A stretch of 64,000 bases of DNA from Pachysolen tannophilus NRRL Y-2460 (lineage: Eukaryota). The stretch spans positions 351,559 through 415,558 of the forward strand of contig KV454014.1 of assembly GCA_001661245.1 (NCBI GenBank). The letters run 5' to 3'. The translations under genes were made by a program, and so were the position numbers. The stretch's first letter is position 1; every line of letters begins with the position of its first letter. Below, piece after piece: positions 57,622-64,000 of the stretch. The notes under the pieces are model-generated. The model made no database searches. It was not told the origin of the DNA and worked only from the letters and a program-made list of their open reading frames with translations.

Positions 57622-58266
57622 ATGGCATATAAAGGATTTTCCACCAATGAAGATATAATAAATGAAAAATTACAAAAAGAATTAAACGATGTGAAGTTCC
57701 CGAAGAGGTTTGATGTTAAAATATCCATGAACAAGGTCAACTTGGATATTATAATGAAATGGGTTGATACTAGAATAAATGAATTAATTCCAGGTGGTGA
57801 TGAAATATTGGTACAATTTATTGAAAATTTATTAACCACTACACAAGATCCAAAAAAAATTTATTTACAAATCAAGAGTTTTCTTGAAGAAGATGCTTTA
57901 AAATTTGTTAAACAGTTATGGGATTTACTTATATCAGCACAGGATGATCCAGATGGTATACCTTCTGAATTATTAGAAATGCGTAAAAAAGAAATACTAC
58001 AAGCTCAGATAGAAGAAGAAGAAAGATCAAGAATTCAAAGAAGGCAAATACGTGAACGACCAAGAACTTACAATAGAAATAATAGAACTAGAAGAGATCA
58101 TTGGTACAGTAAAAACCCACAAAGACCTGAGAAACATGAGAGACCTGAGAAACGTGAAAGATTTCCTCCTCACCAAAGCGACCGTGATCACAGATACCAC
58201 TATTCAAGACCACTATCCAGATCAAGATCACCATCAAGATCAAGATCAAGGTCAAGATCACCATAA
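57622..58266 (+). CDS. PWI-domain splicing factor with RS tail (SRm160/SRRM1-like)
   Basis: KFP..FDVKISMNKVNLDIIMKWV, DPKKIYLQIKSFL, FVKQLWDLLISAQ...GIPSELLE; C-terminal SRSRSPSRSRSRSRSP. Confidence 0.85.
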   Translation: MAYKGFSTNEDIINEKLQKELNDVKFPKRFDVKISMNKVNLDIIMKWVDTRINELIPGGDEILVQFIENLLTTTQDPKKIYLQIKSFLEEDALKFVKQLWDLLISAQDDPDGIPSELLEMRKKEILQAQIEEEERSRIQRRQIRERPRTYNRNNRTRRDHWYSKNPQRPEKHERPEKRERFPPHQSDRDHRYHYSRPLSRSRSPSRSRSRSRSP

Positions 58267-58633
58267 CCTCATACCCTTCAGAACCATCCCTAATCCCTCC
58301 CTCAAGTATAGAATAATAGTCTTGTATAGCTTTTAAACCACCTTTCAATTAGCCGCCCTTGAACTGTTTGAGGGCTGCTGCGGTTTTAGCAACCAAAATT
58401 GAAAGTTTTATAATAAATTAACATGTTTAAATAAATAATACAAATAATACAATATTGTTAATTGAATAAGACTTTATTAATCATTAAGAAAAGTAGGGAA
58501 AGGCAAAGAAAAGAATTCAATCTAATCTATCATATTTTAATTTGCTTTTTCTGTTGTATTAAATTTTTTTTTAAAAAAAAAACAAAAAAAAAAAGGTTTT
58601 AAAAAGTGTTGTTGTATATTTATGATTTGAAAT

Positions 58634-60484
58634 ATGTCTGATCAGAATTCGCAACGGACACTGGATAATCATATAGAAGATACTGATCGTCATCACCCTC
58701 ATCACCATCATCATCATCACCATCATCATAGTAAGGAATCAGGAAATGACCAGCAACAGCAACAACAGCAGCAGCTGCAGCAGCTGCCGCTGCCACAGCA
58801 ACCGATGGTGAGAATAGGTAAATATCAGGTAGTCAAGACTTTGGGGGAAGGTTCATTTGGGAAAGTGAAATTGGCATACCATATGGTGACCGGTCAGAAA
58901 GTTGCTTTAAAGATCATAAATAGAAAGACTTTAGCTAAATCTGATATGCAAGGAAGAATTGAAAGAGAAATTTCATACTTGAGATTACTTAGGCATCCTC
59001 ATATTATTAAATTATATGATGTTATTAAATCAAAAGATGAGATAATTATGGTGATGGAATTTGCTGGGAAAGAGTTATTTGATTATATTGTTCAAAGAGG
59101 TAAGATGGAAGAAAAAGAAGCAAAAAGATTTTTCCAGCAAATCATTGCAGCTGTTGAATATTGTCATAGGCATAAAATTGTCCATAGAGATTTGAAACCT
59201 GAAAATTTGTTATTGGATGATCAGTTAAATGTGAAAATTGCTGATTTTGGGTTAAGTAATATTATGACAGATGGTAATTTCTTAAAGACAAGTTGCGGAT
59301 CTCCAAATTATGCAGCTCCAGAAGTAATTTCAGGGAAATTATACGCTGGACCTGAAGTTGATGTATGGTCCTGTGGTGTTATCTTGTACGTTATGCTTTG
59401 TGGAAGATTACCATTTGATGATGAATTTATTCCAGCTTTGTTTAAAAAAATTAGTAATGGTGTTTATACTTTACCAAATTATTTATCTCCAGGTGCTAAA
59501 AATTTATTAACAAAAATGTTGGTTGTTAATCCATTAAACCGTATTACAATACATGGAATAATGGAAGATGAATGGTTTAAAGTTGGATTCCCAGAATATT
59601 TATTACCTCAAGATATGAAAACTACAAAATTGGATATTGATAATGATGTAATTAATGCATTATCTTTTACAATGGGTTACGATAGAGATGAAATCATAGA
59701 TTCAATCAAACTGGGTAGATCTCCTGAAACAAATGAAATCTTGGATGCTTATGAATTAATTAAAGAAAATAAGATATTGGTTGATGATTTAAAGAAAAAT
59801 TCTTCCAATATGGATCAATTTTTATCTCAATCACCACCATCAACTTGGAATTCACATAACATTGGTAACAATGACAACAATCACAATAATTTGGCAAAGG
59901 AAAACTCTATAACTTATCAAGCACTATCACCTAATCCAGATTCATCTTCACCAAATTCAACAATTGCCATCTTGCCTTCCTCATTACCACAAATCCATAG
60001 AGCTTATATGATGTCTAAAATCCAACAAAATCAAGCAGTTCAAAAAGTAAATCCAATTTCAACAAAAAAATCAAAGACAAGATGGCATTTTGGAATCAGA
60101 TCAAGATCATACCCTTTGGATGTTATGGGTGAAATTTACAGAGCTTTGAAAAATTTAGGTGCTGAATGGGTTAAACCTTCAGAGGAAGAATTATGGACGA
60201 TAAGAGTAAGATGGAAATATGGAGGTGGAGTTAAGAGCGATGTCGAACCAGATTTGATGAGAATGGTTATTCAATTATTCCAATTGGAACCAAACAACTA
60301 TTTAGTTGATTTCAAATTCGATGGTTGGGAAAGTAACGGTAAGGGGAAATCTGACGATAATACCAAAGATGATAATGGCCAACACGACGTTGAAGAAGAC
60401 GAAATCAGCTCATTTTCTGCATATCCGTTCCTTCATCTCTCTACTCAGCTAATTTTGGAATTAGCTGTTAACAGTCAGGGCTAA
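58634..60484 (+). CDS. SNF1: AMP-activated Ser/Thr kinase catalytic subunit
   Basis: N-terminal poly-His, LGEGSFGKV, HRDLKPEN, DGNFLKTSCGSPNYAAPE, C-terminal RWHFGIRSRSYPLDVMGEIY. Confidence 0.98.
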   Translation: MSDQNSQRTLDNHIEDTDRHHPHHHHHHHHHHSKESGNDQQQQQQQQLQQLPLPQQPMVRIGKYQVVKTLGEGSFGKVKLAYHMVTGQKVALKIINRKTLAKSDMQGRIEREISYLRLLRHPHIIKLYDVIKSKDEIIMVMEFAGKELFDYIVQRGKMEEKEAKRFFQQIIAAVEYCHRHKIVHRDLKPENLLLDDQLNVKIADFGLSNIMTDGNFLKTSCGSPNYAAPEVISGKLYAGPEVDVWSCGVILYVMLCGRLPFDDEFIPALFKKISNGVYTLPNYLSPGAKNLLTKMLVVNPLNRITIHGIMEDEWFKVGFPEYLLPQDMKTTKLDIDNDVINALSFTMGYDRDEIIDSIKLGRSPETNEILDAYELIKENKILVDDLKKNSSNMDQFLSQSPPSTWNSHNIGNNDNNHNNLAKENSITYQALSPNPDSSSPNSTIAILPSSLPQIHRAYMMSKIQQNQAVQKVNPISTKKSKTRWHFGIRSRSYPLDVMGEIYRALKNLGAEWVKPSEEELWTIRVRWKYGGGVKSDVEPDLMRMVIQLFQLEPNNYLVDFKFDGWESNGKGKSDDNTKDDNGQHDVEEDEISSFSAYPFLHLSTQLILELAVNSQG

Positions 60485-61253
60485 AAGATATATTAAAAAA
60501 AAGAAAAGAAAAAAAAAAAACTAAATTAATCAATCTTTCTTTACTAGAGTTTACGTTGCGTTTTCCTTTTCGTTTGTCTTTTTATTTTACTTTTTTTTTT
60601 TGTAGTTTTAATTTGCATTTGGCCTCAAATAGCTTCACCGATGAATCGTTGATCTAACTCTCGCTCCGTAGTCTCATAACTCCAATCGTTTCTAATGGTA
60701 TATAAAATGGTAAATTTGGCTTGTGTTTCTCTATCAAAAACGGTTTTTTTCTGCCAAGTGAGATTTTCCCTAAATTGGACCCTTGATGATATCTTTTCAC
60801 GATAAGTCTATAAAAAACCATAATACATTCTCTTATTGGACATTACTTATCTTGAACTATATTTGTATATAATCAAGAGAATTATTTGGAAAAATTGTTG
60901 AAATCATTTGTAATCTATAAGAATATTTGAATTGGTGATTTTTTCAATTATCAGGTAATTTTTTTTTTCTTTGGCTTTTTTGGATGTAATCAAATGGATT
61001 TTAACTGATTTGAATAATATTAGGTGATATTAGTTGATTTTTTTTTTAATAATTTGTGATTTTGAATAAAAAGTTAAAGTGAGAGCTTGGTTTATATAAT
61101 TCACTATTTTTGAAGTGATTGTTCTATAAGGGGATTGGTGGTGATTGGAGATATATATAGGGTGAAGGGAGAAATCATCAATCGGCTGTAATATATTCGT
61201 TGAAATTGAAAAATAAAAAGAAAAAACAATATAATATTGAGGTTTAATACAGA

Positions 61254-63643
61254 ATGGAAAATAAAATAGAGGATAAGGCGGAAGGTCTGGAATTGAAACC
61301 TGTCTTGAAGAATAACAGTTTATCGCCTTCCACGATTCTGACTCCTTTGGCGTCGGAAGATTCGTTGGAATCTGAATCTGGTATATCTTTAATGGTCAGG
61401 AAGACACCATCCGCATCTGCATCCGCTTCATCTCAACGTTCCACATTGAATCAGAAAGAACTGATAAAGATGTTTAATCAATTGAAATTATCCAAAAGAT
61501 CGAATAAACTGTTGTATACAAAAGTGAGGTGTCCCTTGCCTCAAGATTTAGAATTTGAACATGAAAGGAGACTTAAAACAGGTGATTTCGATTTAGAAAA
61601 TACCAATCTTTGTATGGTGAAAACAAAATCTTCAGATGAAGAACAAAGATTGAAAAATGAAAGAGAAAAACGAAAAATAATGCTTGCAAAAAATCAAAGA
61701 AAAGTTTTAGCTAGAATTAATAAATCGTTTATTGAAAGAGTTTCATTTGATACTATTAGTAAAAAAAAAATATTGAAGAATTTGATGCTTATTATGATAA
61801 TGACAGTGATGATGATTCAGATTATGATTATAATGAATTTAGAAATAGTGGGGGTACAGGTTCAATAGGTCGTTCAGGCTCTATTGATCCAGAAGAATTT
61901 TTTAGAACAACAGGTCTTAATTCTCCAAGAAAAATAAGAAGCAATCCATCTTCTCCTTTTAATATAGTTAGACCTGTTAAATCTTTAGATCCTTCATCTG
62001 GCTCTTTATTTGAATATATAAGACCTTCGTTGGATTATCCGACAAGACCAATTATTACCAATGATTCGTGTACTTTAGCAAGAGAGCATAAAGATTTTTT
62101 CGCTTTGTACGATAAAAAAGTTAAAGGAAGGCGACCAGTACTACCAGGAAGAGTTGTTATGGTTTATATTAATGGTAGACGGCATACTTGGGTTGCACTA
62201 GACTGGGTAATAAAGAAATTTCTTGAAAATGGTGACAGAATTGTTGTGATTGCCTCTGTTAACCCGATACATGGGGAGGGAAGAAGATCATTTAGTCAAA
62301 CTCGTAGTAGATCTAGAAAAAGAGGATTAATTGAAACAAAGAAAAATACTACAGAACATATAAAAGATGTTGCATTAAACATTTTAAAATATTGTCTCTT
62401 GTTAGCCGATGAAAATTTAATTGTCAAGATAAATGTGGAATTGTCCGTAGGAACAACAAAAGTAACATTAAAAGATATGTTCAAGTTATATCATCCAACT
62501 GTAATAGTAACTGGTACTAAAAGAAATATTGATAGAACTCCGATGGTTGCTTGGAATTCAGCTAAAGTCACAGATAGATTAGTTTCAAGATTCCCTATAC
62601 CAGTAATAATGGTTCCATCAAATAATATGGAAATTTTTGAATTTTCATTATTTGCTAAATTGAGGGAAAAATTTGCAAATTTTAATTGTGGAAACGAAGA
62701 ATCTAAAGAAAATGTAAATGTTAAAGAGATTATTTCAAGAGGTAAAGACTTTGATTTTGAAAAATTAAATAAAACTTCATTTAATAAACTTATGGATGCC
62801 ATAAAAGAGGATAATAAACTTTCATCAGTTTTAAATCCTGGTAATGAGATCAAAGTTAGTAAAAGTAGGAATGAAAATGATGTAGATGATGAGAGTGATG
62901 AAAGTGATGCATATTCAAGTGAAAATGATTTGGATGATTCAATCTCGGATGCATTTTCAGAATTGTCAAAGACTTTTTCAGAAAGTGATTCCGTTATGGA
63001 ATTGAAAAAAGCTTGTCATAATATAGAAGTGGATTTGGATAAGAAATTGAAAGATCTTAAATCAAGTGAACCTTCAAAAGATTTGTATAAAGATTTATTA
63101 TCAACTGTTTCTCAGGCATCAAGACAAATGGGTATTAGAATGGCCGAAATCGAAAAAAGTGATGGTATGGGTGCTGCAATTGTTAGAATTATCACTGGTT
63201 TACCCGATAGGAAAGCCAAAAAATCAATGTTGGATGTAGCTGATGATCTGCCTCATCCAGGACTATCAAGATTTAAAACAGCAGGACAAGCAGTTTCAGT
63301 AGTACCCTCAATAAACATCTCAGGAGATCCAACTCTCGATGAGGAACATAACAATAGATTACGGCCAACACGTTCTTCTTTGAAATTCCAACTTAGCAGA
63401 ACAGACTCAGAAAGAAGAAAAATGAAGGGTAAAAATGATAATGATCGTCGGCCGTCAGCCGGAATGTTATTCCCAGACAACAGTGACCCAAATCTAGAAT
63501 TCCACAGAAACAAATTGCAAGTAACTTTCTCATCTCCAAATATAGAAAGCACAACTCACAACAGACGTAAAGTTGATCTGGAAAAGGACAAAATAAGATC
63601 CAAATTTTCACTAAGAAGTCTTTTCAAAAAATATTCCAAATAA
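61254..63643 (+). CDS. JIP4/YOR019W-like USP-domain protein; one gene split into two ORFs by a frame break at the A10 run (61761-61770)
   Basis: ORF1 carries RVSFDTI. The -1 frame opens right after TAA at 61760-61762 and runs without a stop (NIEEFDAYYDND...) into ORF2 with DYPTRPII and INGRRHTWVALDW. Adjacent to SNF1 as JIP4 is in S. cerevisiae. Confidence 0.7.
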
Positions 63644-64000
63644 CTTTTCTTTTTTTTTGTCCCCTCCAATAAATGTACTATACTATATATATAAATTTCC
63701 AACAAACTCATTCTTTATAAATAGATGAGCCCATATATATATATACATATATAATATTCATATAATCATGTAACTTCATTAATATATAAACGAATACGAC
63801 TTCATTATCTCGTTCATCTGCTTGCTGTACAGTGATGCATAAAATGTAACTATCGCATTCCGCATAAAAGCAGTGAAAAAAAAAAAGAAAAAAAGTCTGC
63901 AAGCAAAAATACCATTATAAGAAGAGAATACTAGTTGTTGAATTGTTGATATATTTATGATTTCTGTGTCTATATTGTTTCTTTAGTGTTTTTATTGTTG

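Noticed and set aside
58350..58357. URS1-like TAGCCGCC upstream of SNF1
   Set aside because: Single partial match (lacks the terminal GA) with no supporting context.

Overview
AT-rich budding-yeast (Saccharomycotina) chromosomal region with about 27 apparently intronless protein-coding genes and two assembly gaps. I found no tRNA, rRNA, transposon or CRISPR feature that I can support. Gene order: ERG12 (partial), YTM1, N2227/YMR209C-like methyltransferase, PCF11, PPT2, GUA1, RAM2, FAD2, VTS1, SLD3, RMD9, FMP52, TAF6, MLS1, YGL108C-like, SRO9/SLF1, PDE2, ATX2, BUD21, two tandem SOU-type SDRs, MAM33, PXL1, TVP38, ATG26, MET2, RPP40-like, SRm160-like PWI protein, SNF1, and a JIP4/YOR019W-like gene split by a frameshift. 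The strongest signal is a non-standard genetic code. In-frame CTG codons repeatedly fall at conserved alanine positions (FAD2 His-box, RAM2, VTS1 SAM, PDE2, MET2, FMP52), so CUG = Ala as in the Pachysolen/Nakazawaea clade (translation table 26), and the supplied ORF translations are wrong at every CTG. This code is already described, not new. Other points of interest are an NADPH-type plus NADH-type tandem SDR pair, a -1 frame break at an A10 run, retained Rpp40 and SRm160-like genes, deep micro-synteny with S. cerevisiae, and several distinct promoter motifs. All homology calls are from recalled family motifs, not from database searches.
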